A DNA stretch of 64,000 nucleotides from Eledone cirrhosa (lineage: Eukaryota). Under the pieces are notes generated by a model, which was given only the letters and a program-made list of their open reading frames with translations, searched no databases and was not told the DNA's origin. Each line of letters begins with the position of its first letter. Positions within the stretch are counted from its first letter, which is position 1. This document shows positions 43,988 through 57,732 of this stretch, in pieces. The position numbers were made by a program, and so were the translations under genes. The DNA is taken from contig OZ024765.1 in the NCBI GenBank assembly GCA_964016885.1, positions 14,942,001-15,006,000 of the forward strand, read 5' to 3'.

Positions 43988-44567
43988 CCATTACAGCAGC
44001 TTCCACCGGCGCCATTACAGCAGCCTCCACCGCCGCCATTACATCAGCTTCCACAGCCGCCATTACACCAGCCTCCACCGCCGCCATTACATCAGCTTCC
44101 ACCGCCGCCATTACACCAGCCTCCACAGCCGCCATTACAGCAGCCTCCACCGCCGCCATTACACCAGCCTCCACAGCCGCCATTACAGCAGCCTCCACCG
44201 CCGCCATTACACCAGCTTCCACAGCCGCCATTACACCAGCCTCCACCGCCGCCATTACACCAGCCTCCATCGCCGCCATTACACCAGCCTCCACAGCCGC
44301 CATTACACCAGCTTCCACCGGCGCCATTACAGCAGCCTCCACCGCCGCCATTACAGCAGCCTCCACAGCCGCCATTACACCAGCCTCCATCGCCGCCATT
44401 ACACCAGCCTCCACCGCCGCCATTACACCAGCTTCCACAGCCGCCATTACAGCAGCCTCCACCGCCGCCATTACACCAGCCTCCACCGCCGCCATTACAC
44501 CAGCCTCCACCGCCGCCATTACACCAGCTTCCACAGCCGCCATTACACCAGCCTCCACCGCCGCCAC
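43988..44567. repeat. 24 bp GC-rich minisatellite, about 24 copies
   Basis: Unit gccattaca(c/g)cagc(c/t)tccac(c/a)gcc with no indels. Confidence 0.95.
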
Positions 44568-44629
44568 TACTGTTATATGGAGACACATACACACACACAC
44601 ATAATAAGGATAACGCAACGAAAAAAAGA

Positions 44630-45490
44630 ACATCATCATCATTATCATCGTCTTCATCACATCACACCATCCATAACATAAACAACAACAACAACAACAG
44701 AAACAACAACACCACAACCAACAACAACAGAAACAACACGACCACCACCACCACCACCACCACCAATAACAATTACACCAGCACCAACAAGATCAACAAC
44801 AACAACATCACCACTGACAACAACAACACCACAACCACCACCAATAACACCAACACTAACAATATCAACAACAACAACACCACCACTGACAACAACAACA
44901 CCACAACCACCAATAACACCAACACCAACAAGATCAACAACATCACCACCGACAACGACAAAAACTACACCATCATCAACAACTCCACCAACGCCAGCAA
45001 CACCACCACCAACAACAACAACAGTAGCAAATAAAATCATGACAAATCAACACATCATATCACTACCTCCACCAACCCTCATCAAGTGAATGTTTTGCAG
45101 CTTACCAAGGGAGGTAACCGTCTACACAGTAGTAATTGGTTAAAATTGAATATTTACCTAATCCAGTACTTTGAACGCAATTTCTATTAATTAGGATTAA
45201 CAAGACCGGGGAATGGACAGTTATCAAACAGTGATGGTGGTGGTGGTGGTGGTGGTGGTGTTGAGTGGTGGCGGTGGTGGAGTTAATGAAGTTGGTGGTG
45301 GTGGCCGTGGGTGAGCTGGTGATGGTGGTAGTTGTAATGTTGGTGGTGGAGGAGGAGGTGGCGGTGTTTGTCGTGAGGAGCTGGTGATGGTGGTAGTTGT
45401 AGTGTTGGTGGTGGTAGGTAGCGTTTGTAGTGGTGCTGGTCGTGCTGGTGGTGGAGGTGCTGGTAGTTGTAATGTTTTCGTTGGTGATGA
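44630..45490. repeat. (CAA/CCA) tract followed by an opposite-polarity (GGT) tract
   Basis: 44630-45080 is CA-rich and 45230-45490 is GT-rich. Confidence 0.75.
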
Positions 45491-45585
45491 ATATAAATTG
45501 TGTCTTGTTTCATTCGAAATGAAAATGTTGTAATCCTGTAAAGCCTTTCCTATATTAAATGTGTATATATATATATATATATATA

Positions 45586-45834
45586 ATGTAAAACGAAAAA
45601 TCAGCGATGCATATGGACTCAATTTATTGTGTGTTACAATTGTTTCGCCGGCGGACTGCTCGAGACACGATCATTGTATGGATCTGTCTGATTCTAGAAC
45701 TGCAGATTCTTCGGACAATGGCGATAATTTCGGAACAAATTCTCTCACTGAGGTGTTATATCATACTCTGCTCTGTAAGAGCATAGCGTGCTCAACTGCC
45801 ATACCGCCTATGGAACCATCATAGCTACCATTAA

Positions 45835-45835
<1 letters not shown>
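45586..45835 (-). mobile_element. Family G terminus, second copy
   Basis: Homologous to 5963-6120. Confidence 0.6.
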
Positions 45836-45881
<46 letters not shown>

Positions 45882-46018
45882 CATACATAAAGAGAGAGAG
45901 AGAGAGAGCGAGAGCGACAGAGAGTAACTGTAGATTAATATATGGATAGATATAAAGTTAGATAGACGGATTAACTGACGAACTATAGATAAATAAATAG
46001 CATGACAGACAGACAGAC

Positions 46019-46055
<37 letters not shown>

Positions 46056-46060
46056 TATAT

Positions 46061-46181
<121 letters not shown>

Positions 46182-46260
46182 GATAGATAGAGAAGTACAC
46201 ATAAAGAGAATTAGATCAAGGGAAATGGCCAGTTACACACATACACACAGACACACACAC

Positions 46261-46336
<76 letters not shown>

Positions 46337-46339
<3 letters not shown>

Positions 46340-46503
46340 GAGGTTATATTTAATTTGTTGGGATTAAACAAGCTTAAACAATTTTATAACTGATACAAAG
46401 CTCTCAACAGTAAGTTTAGTGGAGTAAATGCACAATATATTAATAAATAGAAACTATATTAAATATGGTTTTATAAATATAGTTTCCATTTATTAATATA
46501 TTG
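46337..46503. mobile_element. Short family D fold-back lacking the HHR
   Basis: Tail is the reverse complement of 32790-32898, followed by a short inverted arm ending at the family D boundary. Confidence 0.7.
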
Positions 46504-46789
46504 TATATATATATATCATACACACATACACATATATATATATATATATCATATACACACACGCACATATATATATATACATATATATATATCTCGTATA
46601 CACACACATATATATATATATTTGTATATATATATAGAGATAAATATACACGTGTGTGTATGATTGTGTATAGAAGATTATATTAATAAAAGGAATTCCA
46701 ACTTTGTCTGATTTACTTGTATATATACATATACTTGTATATATATATATATATATATATATCATACATACACACACATACACTTAGAT

Positions 46790-46849
<60 letters not shown>

Positions 46850-46854
<5 letters not shown>

Positions 46855-46892
46855 GGATTGCTTGTATGTATGTGTATAATTATATATATATT

Positions 46893-46966
<74 letters not shown>

Positions 46967-47142
46967 CATAAATATATATATATAAATATACACATACATA
47001 CAAGCAATACTACATATATATATATATATATATACATAAATATATATATAAATATACACATACATACAAGCAATCCTACATATATATATATATATATATA
47101 CATAAATATATATATAAATATACACATACATACAAGCAATCC

Positions 47143-47204
<62 letters not shown>

Positions 47205-47242
47205 AATATATATATAAATATACACATACATACAAGCAATCC

Positions 47243-47278
<36 letters not shown>

Positions 47279-47319
47279 AATATATATATAAATATACACA
47301 TACATACAAGCAATCCTAC

Positions 47320-47350
<31 letters not shown>

Positions 47351-47400
47351 AATATATATATACATATACACATACATACAAGCAATCCTACATATATATA
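46850..47400. repeat. TA-interrupted minisatellite (6 units) plus one inverted unit
   Basis: tatacacatacatacaagcaat(c/a)ctaca occurs 6 times; its reverse complement is at 46851-46878. Confidence 0.85.
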
Positions 47401-47654
47401 TATACGTGTGTATATCTGGATAATTTCAATGCAATTCAGAGTTCAAGTTTTGGAGTTGATATCCGTTTCTCTGATAATTACAAAGCTGTACAATGCCTAC
47501 TTAGTGAAGATGGAGGTCAGATTTAGACGTAAGAGCGCGGACACTTAACTTATCTTCTTCAAGCTATTGACTAATCACAACTCCCCATTCTAAAACAAAA
47601 GGCTTCCTTTTCTTTTTCCGACTAATCTAGATATATAAATATCGATGATTTCTC

Positions 47655-47700
<46 letters not shown>

Positions 47701-47703
<3 letters not shown>

Positions 47704-47885
47704 TTAATATAGATGAGATTATACAGGACTAGAACTGTTTCATTCTTTAGAAATCATCAGGAATCTAAAGAATGAAGCAGTTCTAGTCCTGTAGAATCTC
47801 ATCTATATTAAAACTTTTATACTCTGCAATGTATTGAGTACCTTACTTACTGTGGTTACCTCCGATTCAACCCGGAATAACGTAC
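47701..47885 (+). mobile_element. Fold-back family E copy with a minus-strand HHR at ~47715-47765
   Basis: Minus strand reads gattc CTGATGA tttctaaagaat GAAA cag-ttctagtc-ctg TA taatctc. Confidence 0.8.
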
Positions 47886-47916
<31 letters not shown>

Positions 47917-48138
47917 TTGTATATGTATCTGTGTGTGTATATATGTATGTGTGTAAATATACATATATGTGTTTATATATATATATATATCTATACATGT
48001 GTGTGTTTACATATTTATATGTGCGTGTATATATGTATGTGTACATATGTATATGTGTGTGTATATATGTATGCATATATATATATGTATGTGTGTGCGT
48101 ATATGTATGTGTGTGTATATATATATATATATGTGTGT

Positions 48139-48178
<40 letters not shown>

Positions 48179-49165
48179 ATATATATATACACATACATTT
48201 ATACCTATATAGTTACATAGACAGATACATACTCAGTGAATGAAACACAACCACAATGATTTAGGCAAGCAGAGAAAAACGCATACACAGGATTTTAAAC
48301 AGAAACTCAGAGAAACTATATTAACTTCTGGCTGAGACATGAACCAGTAAAAACCATCAACACAGACATCACCACAATAACCCGCGACGGAGCAAATTAC
48401 AGCGGACACGATACCATCCCAAACCAGACCAGACCAGACCAGACCAAACCAAACCAAACCACCATTTTGAAAATCTTCCTTTTATTATCCATAAACAATA
48501 TCTGACGTGAACATCTGTTCAGGAACCTCTATAGCTAGGTAAGAAGAGATGTCGACAACGACAACAACAGCAACAACGCCAACAACAACAGCAGCAGCAG
48601 CAACGATAACAACTGCAACAACAACAGCAACGACAACAACTGCAATAACAACCACAGCAAAGAGAATAATAGCGTTGATGACCAGGAGAACTTCTTGAAA
48701 ATTAGTGAAAGCGTCTCTTAGAAAAGTATTGTGTGAATACAATTCTGTGTCAATCAGTGCCATGCTGAGGTCAAAGAAACATGGTTCTGTAGAGATTTGG
48801 TTCTGCATAGATGGAGGCGATGAAATGGCAGCCAATTTAATAATTCTATTATATATATATATTGTATAAAAGTGGAGAGATATGTTGTGTTATTTCTATG
48901 AAGACGTCTCCCTGTTGTACACCCACACCGCTTTTCCAGCTAGGGAAGAATCAATCGGTGGAAATCACGGCGGAAATATACGGCAACACATGTCGTCCTT
49001 CCTAAATAGAACCGGAAGGCCGGAAGACCGGATGTAGAATGTTTGATGTCACAACAATACGTTTAGTTGACGAGGGCAGCTGTCTTATTTGAAACGACAT
49101 TTACTCGTTTATATACACAAGCACAAATATACATATATATATTATACATACATATATATATATAT

Positions 49166-49262
<97 letters not shown>

Positions 49263-49337
49263 CATATATATACACACACATATATATGTATATACAGACA
49301 TATATATATATACACATATGAATATCCACATACATAT

Positions 49338-49387
<50 letters not shown>

Positions 49388-49397
49388 ATATATGTAT

Positions 49398-49463
<66 letters not shown>

Positions 49464-50128
49464 ATATATGTATACACACACATATATATATATATATATA
49501 TACACACACATGCATATATGTATGTATATATACATATATATGAATATATATGTGTGTATATGTGTGTTTGTATCTGAAAGGGTCTGTATACTTTTTCTGG
49601 GCGTGGGAGACAGGTAAAACAATCTGCCCATGTGCATGTATGTATATCTTCGTATGTAGCTATGCATGTAAACATATTTGTAATATATACATGTGTGTGT
49701 ATATTTTCATGCATCTATATAGGTAAATAATTATGGACGTATTTATATAAATATGTGTATATAGAAATGCGTATATTGGTGTTTACGCATGTGTATATCA
49801 GTATATACGCATGTGTGTATACTATACAGGACACAGGGTTAGGTAAATGATAGAAAATAGCAATCCTCCTCACAACGTCCCGATATCGATCTTTCTCCAT
49901 AGAATTTACGATTGACTTTAATGGCTTTTGGTAGAGGGAATCTCTGCGGATGCCTGTCATATCTATTGTGCGTATAATTTAACGGAGACAACCTCATCCC
50001 ACAGTATTAAGTGATGCGATCATCGTCGAAACCGCCGGAGTTCTATTTTTATCATTTGTTTTTTTTTCTCCCGAATTTTGAGCTTCTCTATTTCTATCTA
50101 ATAACTATACTCGAGTCTAATGGAATCG

Positions 50129-50209
<81 letters not shown>

Positions 50210-50363
50210 TACTATATATGTATATATATCCATACATAAGTATATATATATATATATATACATATATATATGCACATATATGAATATATATATATACATA
50301 CATACATATATTCATAAACATACACACACACACAAACACACACATACCCACACACATATATAT

Positions 50364-50397
<34 letters not shown>

Positions 50398-51076
50398 GAA
50401 TACTATATATGCATATATATCCATACATATGTATATATATATATATACATATATATATATGTACATATATGAATATATATATATATATACATACATACAT
50501 ACACATATTCATAAACATACACACACATACATACACCCACACACACACACATATATATATCGATTAGTAGATGTTTTAAAACTTCCTGATGGATCATATA
50601 TAGCAAACAGAGCAATCCTTAAAATGTTTTTTCCCAAAATGGCTGCCCTAAATAATAATTTGAAACGATAGAGTTTTATAAAGTGAAGTGTTTCTATAAA
50701 AAAACAAAACAAAAAACAACAACAACAACAGAAAACATAAAACCTATGTCATTGAATAATAATCCGAGTAGATCGATACACAGGAACCAATATGAAAAGA
50801 GATGAGATATGTTCAAAAGAAATATGAGAAACATTTTGTAAAAGCATGTTTGGAAATCCATTTTTTGACGTTGAGAACGTGTGGCGGGGTTGTTGCAACT
50901 GTGTGTAGCTGGGCCTATCAATGTAATACAATACATCTGAGGTGGAAGTATTACAGTGTTATCTGTTCTGGATTTCTCACTTTCTGCTTGCTTCCCTCTA
51001 TCGGAATGTGACTTTCTCTTGATCAACATTGAGGGCGAAAGCGTAGGGAAAGCATGTAACTATCTTTCCCATAACA

Positions 51077-51126
<50 letters not shown>

Positions 51127-51440
51127 GCAACAACAACAAAAAAACCTTTATCTAAGTCTACAGCTTTAAGAGGAAAAACTATATAATATATTATATATTG
51201 TAATATAATATGTGTAGTCGATCTTTCAGATATTTACGAAGCGCTGAGAAGAAAAATTTAATATAAAGAATGATGTGCTTATGAGCGGAAATGCTATAAA
51301 ATAGATTATAGAAAATGCTGAAGCACCTTCAAGAGGAAAATTGAAGTTGCCAACGACCGCCATTAGGAATCTGGGAGATAGAGTGTTCGATTTCTCATAG
51401 CGACCGAAGGGAGTGTAATAAAGCAAGCGTCTGTAGATAG

Positions 51441-52357
51441 TGAGTGTTGGTGGTGGTGTTGGTGGTGGTGTTGGTGGTGATGTTGGTGGTGGTGGCGTGG
51501 TGGTGTCGGTGGTGATGTTGGTGGTGGTGGCGTGGTGGTGTCGGTGGTGTCGGTGGTGTTGGTGGTGGTGGGGTGTTGGTGGTGGTGTTGGTGGTGGTTT
51601 TGGTGGTGGTGTTGGCGGTGGTGTTCGTGGTGGTGGTGTGGTAGTGTTGGTGTGGTAGTGTTGGTGTGGTAGTGTTGGTGGTAGTGTTGGTGGTGGTCGT
51701 GGTGGGGTGCTGGCGGTGGTGGTGATGTTGGTGGTGGTGTTGTTGGTGGTGTCGTAGTGTTGGTGGTGGTGTTGGTGGTGTCGGTGGTGTTGGTGGTGTG
51801 GTAGTGTGGTAGTGTTGGTGGTAGTGTTGGTGGTGGTCGTGGTGGTCGTGGTGGGGTGTTGGCGGTGGTGGTGATGTTGGTGGTGGTGTTGGCGGTGGTG
51901 TTGGTGGTGTGGTAGTGTTGGTGGTGGTGTTGGTGGTGGTGTGGTAGTGTTGGTGGTGGTGTTGGTGGTGTCGGTTGTGGTGGTGTTGGTGGTGTGGTAG
52001 TGTGGTAGTGTTGGTGGTGGTCGTGGTGGGGTGCTGGCGGTGGTGGTGATGTTGGTGGTGGTGTTGGCGGTGGTGTTGGTGGTGTGGTAGTGTTGGTGGT
52101 GGTGTTGGTGTTGGTGTGGTAGTGTTGGTGGTGGTGTTGGTGGTGTCGGTGGTGTTGGTGGTGGTGTTGGTGGTGTGGTAGTGTGGTAGTGTTGGTGGTG
52201 GTATTGGTGGTGGTGTTCGTGGTGTGGTAGTGTTGGTGGTGGTGTTGGTTGTGTTGGTGGTGGTGTGGTAGTGTTGGTGGTGGTCTTGGTCGTGTCGGTG
52301 GTGTTGGTGGTGGTGTTGGTGGTGTGGTGGTGTTGGTGGTGTGGTAGTGTTGGTGTC
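51441..52357. repeat. (GGT/GT) compound microsatellite bracketed by a 40 bp direct repeat
   Basis: Direct repeats at 51373-51412 and 52359-52398. Confidence 0.85.
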
Positions 52358-52791
52358 AGGGAGATACAGTGTTCGATTTCTCAGAGCGACCGAAGGGACG
52401 ATCTTTTTCTATATCTAAATGTGAACACCATGTTTCCTAAGCTCTTTTATACCATCTCTGCGCATGTACATCTATACACTACTATAACTGTGTGATTGCT
52501 TGCTTGTCTGTAATGTAATACAGCCAAAATGGCGCATAATGGGGAAATACTTTGAAAGGAAGTTGACCCTGAAATGGGAGTACAAATGGAATAAATCAAG
52601 TTTCGCGTAAATCGGACCCCCGGATCTCGAGATATGGAGATTTTCCGGGTGAGAGAGAGAGGGAGTGAGAGAGAGAGAGGGAGAGTGAAAAAGAGTGGTT
52701 GTGAGGGGGTAGTTTGAAAGAGAGGCATAGAGAGGGAGATAGAGAACTAGAAGGAGAATGGAAAAAAGAGAGAGTTGCTGGTATTGTTATT

Positions 52792-52866
<75 letters not shown>

Positions 52867-52992
52867 CTATGACCAGTGTATATAGATTGCAGACACCCAT
52901 ATATATATATATGTATATGTGAGTGTGTGTGTATATATATATGTGTGTGTGTATGTGTGTTTATGACCAGTGTATATAGATTACAAACACCC

Positions 52993-53023
<31 letters not shown>

Positions 53024-53247
53024 GAAACACACAGATACATGCGGACACACACATATATACATGAATGCATCCGCACCCAACTGTGAGTTAAGGGTGCCAA
53101 CTTCACCGATGTTGCTCAAGGACTCTATATCTTTGATATATTGTTTTTGTTTATGCCACGAAACTACGTAGTCGAGGAATTTAGGAACAGTTTAGGTATG
53201 ATACATTTTATTACTAATTATATCTAAATGTTTCTTCTCTCTTCATA

Positions 53248-53304
<57 letters not shown>

Positions 53305-53347
53305 TGTGTGTGTGTGTCTATGACCAGTGTATATAGATTACAGACAC

Positions 53348-53398
<51 letters not shown>

Positions 53399-53830
53399 TA
53401 CATATATATAATTATATATGTATACACACACACATTTATATATATATACATACGCACACGTATATATATGGCCTTCCAATTTCATTTCACATTATATACA
53501 TGTCTGTGAATATTTTAATTATGTCAAAATTATTTTTAAGTGAACATAATTTAAAAAAATATTTTGAAGTGAACGTAACCCAAAGGGTTACGGGTGTCTA
53601 GTTATTTATATAAATAATACATATAAATTGAAATAATTTTGAAAGCCATACAATACATTAGAAAATTGAAGGTGTAAAGATAATGATAGAATCTTACCTC
53701 AGCAAATTTAATTATCCCAAATATTTTCAGATTTAAAAAACCATTATGAATGGAATGGCTCTGTGAAAGTCTTAAAAGATCGGTTGGAGATGATTTGTTG
53801 TTAGGAAGATAAATTTGATTTAGATAATAT

Positions 53831-54296
53831 AATTGTTTCTACTTTAGGCACAAGGCCAGCAAATACCCAGTGCATTACTGGTACTTTATTTTATCGACCC
53901 CGTAAGGATGAAAGGCAAAGTTAACCTCGGCGGGATTTGATTTGATAATATAATAATAACTGTTTCTAGTTTGGGCACAAGGCAAGCACTTATCCCAGTC
54001 CATTACTGGTACTTTATTTTATCGACCCCGTATGGATCAAAGGCAAAGTTAACCTCGGCGGGATTTGAACTCAGATCATAAAGGGCCGTAACTCTATGCT
54101 GCAAAGCATGGCGTCCGACCTTCTACCGATACTGCGAATAGAATATAATAAAATTATCCTTACGTGGTCGATAAAATAAAGTACCGGTAATACACTGAGA
54201 TAATTGCTGGCCTCGTGCCAAAAGTAGAAACAATTATATTATAGCTAAATACAGTGAGATAATTGCTGTCCTTGTGCCAAAAGTAGAAACAATTAT
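53831..54296. mobile_element. Cluster of family 1 SINE copies (53831-53940 minus, 53958-54135 minus, 54157-54235 plus, 54250-54296 plus)
   Basis: Same body and tail motifs as 37027-37212. Confidence 0.8.
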
Positions 54297-54305
54297 ATTT
54301 GTATA

Positions 54306-54620
54306 GTGAAGGCGTGTGACTCATTTCTTGGAATATTCTGTTCCCGATTTTACAAAAGCGAGTTCGATTCCCGACGGCCCGTTTTGTCCTTGAGCAAGAC
54401 ACTTTATTTGATGTTGTTCCGGTCCCCTCAGCAGCAAAATTGTATTGTACGTGTAATTCAAAAGGCCAGCCTTATCAAATTCTATGTCAAACTGAATTTT
54501 CCTGAGAATTACATTAATGGTGCATGTATGTTCGGAATGCTTAGTCACTTGCACGTTAATTTCACGAGAGGGTTCTTTTATAAACTGGAACACTCGTTGT
54601 CATGACAGCCGGAGTGCCAG
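54306..54620 (+). mobile_element. tRNA-derived SINE, octopus-type family 2
   Basis: gtgaaggcg head, B-box gagttcgattccc, central gtccttgagcaagacactttattt domain and ..ggagtgccag end. Recognised from memory of octopus repeats. Confidence 0.7.
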
Positions 54621-55123
54621 TATATATCTGTACACAAAAGGCTGGCAATTTGGGGAAGGGACAAATCGATTAAATCGACCCCTGTGCATTACTGGTAGTT
54701 TATATTATCGACTCCGTAAGGATGAAAGGCAAAGCTAACATTAGACGTAACTCTATGCTGCAAAGTATGTTGTCGGATGCTCTACTGATTTTACCAATCT
54801 ACCACCGATACTATAATATAATATAGATGTGTCTAACTCCTTTAGCGTATGGTAAACCTGGCAAGGGTAGAGAAATTGGCCCTTTATCTCTTTAGGGTAA
54901 CCAAGTCTGGTGGGAAAAATTAAGGAGATTAACCTCAAAATGGAAAACTGTTCGGAAGGTTTTCAGATGAATGAGTTTTGTATGTGACTGTGCTTGTAAA
55001 AGATAGATAGAGAGATAGAGAGGAAGAGAGAGAGAGAGAGACGAAGATAAAGAGATAGGAAGATAGAGAGAGAGGAAGAGAGAGAGAGAGAGGAAGATAG
55101 AGAGATAGGAAGATAGAGAGAGA

Positions 55124-55192
<69 letters not shown>

Positions 55193-55211
55193 CGTGGATA
55201 TATACATATAT

Positions 55212-55380
55212 AACGAAGGAGGTGTGGTAAAGAACCAGATGGACCATAACGCACCAGAGTACTCACTACTTAGGGTAATAGGAAAATGTGTAACCCCCAT
55301 GGCAGAGCTCAAGCCGTTTCGACGGCTATTTCTGGAGCCGTCGAAACGGCATGAGCTCTGCCGTCGGGGTTAAACATTTT

Positions 55381-55383
<3 letters not shown>
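55212..55383 (-). mobile_element. Fold-back family B copy, reverse orientation
   Basis: Tail at left; palindrome centred at ~55332. Confidence 0.75.
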
Positions 55384-55465
<82 letters not shown>

Positions 55466-55619
55466 TGTGGGTGAGGGAAAGAGAGGGCGAGAGAGGAGGG
55501 AGATAGATACATATATAGATAGATAAATAGAGAGAGGAGAGAGAATCGATGTGTATGTGAATAGTCGTGATTGACAGAAAGTGAGAAAGTATGGGTGTGT
55601 GGGTGTATAGGTGTGATTG

Positions 55620-55684
55620 TAGAAGAAGAAGAAGAAGGCAAAGAAGAAGAGGAAGAAGAAAAGGAGAAGAAGACAGGGAAGACA

Positions 55685-55757
<73 letters not shown>

Positions 55758-55818
55758 AAGAAGAACGCAGAGAAGAAGAAGAAAACAGAAAACATAATAA
55801 TAATAATAATAATAAGAA

Positions 55819-55849
<31 letters not shown>

Positions 55850-56110
55850 AAGGCAAAGAAGAAGAAGAAAAAGAAGAAGAAGAAGAAGAAGAAGAAGAAG
55901 AAGAAGAAGGCAAAGAAGAAGAAGAAGGCAAAGAAGAAGAAGGCAAAGAAGAAGAAGGCAAAGAAGAAGAAGAAGAAGGCAAAGAAGAAGGCAAAGAAGA
56001 AGAAGAAGAAGAAGAAGAAGAAGAAGAAGAAGAAGAAGAAAAAGAAGGCAAAGAAGAAGGCGAAGAAGAAGGCAAAGAAGAAGAAGAAGACAAAGAAGAA
56101 GAAGGAGAAG
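55620..56110. repeat. (GAA)n/(TAA)n tract
   Basis: Direct inspection. Confidence 0.9.
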
Positions 56111-56334
56111 AATTACATCATCATCATTATCATCATCAACAACAGCAAGGAGAGGAAGAGGGACTATTTAATATATATATATAGAGAGAGAGAGATGGAG
56201 CAATTGATGTAGAATATGAGGAACGTCAGGATATAATCGTACCCCCCCCCCCACACACACACACTCTACAAGGTAAAAGATTAGTTTGTACAAACTGAGC
56301 TGCAAGGATTAGAAGCCTTAATGCAAACACACTA

Positions 56335-56424
<90 letters not shown>

Positions 56425-56492
56425 ATATATATGTGTATATATATCTCCAAGGAGTGTAAAGTGAAGTTAACCTGGGTTCACTATACATACAA

Positions 56493-56561
<69 letters not shown>

Positions 56562-56909
56562 CGTGTGTAGATATATATATATGAATATATATATGTGTGT
56601 ATATATATGTATATTATGTATATGATGTATTTATATATGTTTACATATATACATATATATATTTATATATATATACATATATATACATATATATAATATA
56701 TATATACAGAAACGAAATATATATACATATATATATATATTATATATATATACATATATATATGTACATATATATTTATATATATACATATATACATATA
56801 TATATATACATATACATATTTATATATATATATACATATATATACATATATATATATTATATATATATATGTATATGTATATATATATATATGTATGTAT
56901 ATATATATG

Positions 56910-56938
<29 letters not shown>

Positions 56939-56940
<2 letters not shown>

Positions 56941-57058
56941 CGAAGGAAGTGTGGTAATGAACCATATGGACCATAACACACCAGAGTACTCAATACTTAG
57001 GGTAGTATAATGGGTAATAGGAAATTGTTTAACCCCGACGGCAGAGCTCAAGCCGTCA
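56939..57058 (-). mobile_element. Family B tail, truncated in HHR stem III, abutting the PLE ORF fragment
   Basis: Reverse complement of ~33460-33571. Confidence 0.75.
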
Positions 57059-57697
57059 TGGAATAGCTTAGATAGGGCTAGACGTAAGATAGGGAAAGCC
57101 ACCTCATAGTACGACAACCAGAGATACCAAAGTTTCATGTTTGTGGACGCTACCCCTGGAGGGAAATTATGCTAACCAGTGTAGAAAGGCCCTGAGAAAG
57201 ACCCACTTAAAGATTAAGGTGGTAGAAAAGCCAAGAACCACCATAAAATCCCTGATCAGCAAAACCTACCCTTTTAAGAAAACCCACTGTACTAATAGGA
57301 TATCTATCATATGTAAGGTAAACCCCCGGATAAACTGTAAAACTGTAAAACTAGAAACGTAGTCTATAGCATAAGATGTACTGAGGGTACTTGCAGAAAC
57401 ATGACAACAACATACATAGGCGAGACAGCTCGAAGCATAGGTGAAAGGATAGACCAACACTTGGGGTAACTAAAAGAACGAAAAAACGTGTCAATTCTAT
57501 ACGAACATGCCAGACAACAACACGACGGTAACATAGACAACATAGAAATTAGAATAATATCTAAACATAGAAATGACCCAGCAGATAGGCAAATCAGAGA
57601 GGCCAGTGAAATAGAAATTAGAAGGCCAAGACTAAACAGAAAGAATGAATGGAATAGCAACAACACCCAAACAAACAACACTGACCTAAGAGAAGTC

Positions 57698-57700
<3 letters not shown>
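57059..57700 (+). pseudogene. Penelope-like element ORF C-terminus: RT thumb/linker, Cys-rich linker and GIY-YIG endonuclease (Neptune/Nematis-like), disrupted
   Basis: With two frameshifts and two stops: WNSLDRARRK..S*YD..FMFVDATPGGKL/ANQCRKAL..KIKVVEKP..YPFKKTHC..C..C/RNVVYSIRC..C..YIGETARSIGERIDQH..SILYEHARQQH..DRQIREASEI..PRLNRKNEW. Confidence 0.88.

Positions 57701-57732
<32 letters not shown>

Noticed and set aside
48485-48835. 116 aa minus-strand ORF and an Asn-rich plus-strand frame
   Set aside because: Half is (CAA/CAG) repeat, there is no credible splice acceptor and no recognisable domain.
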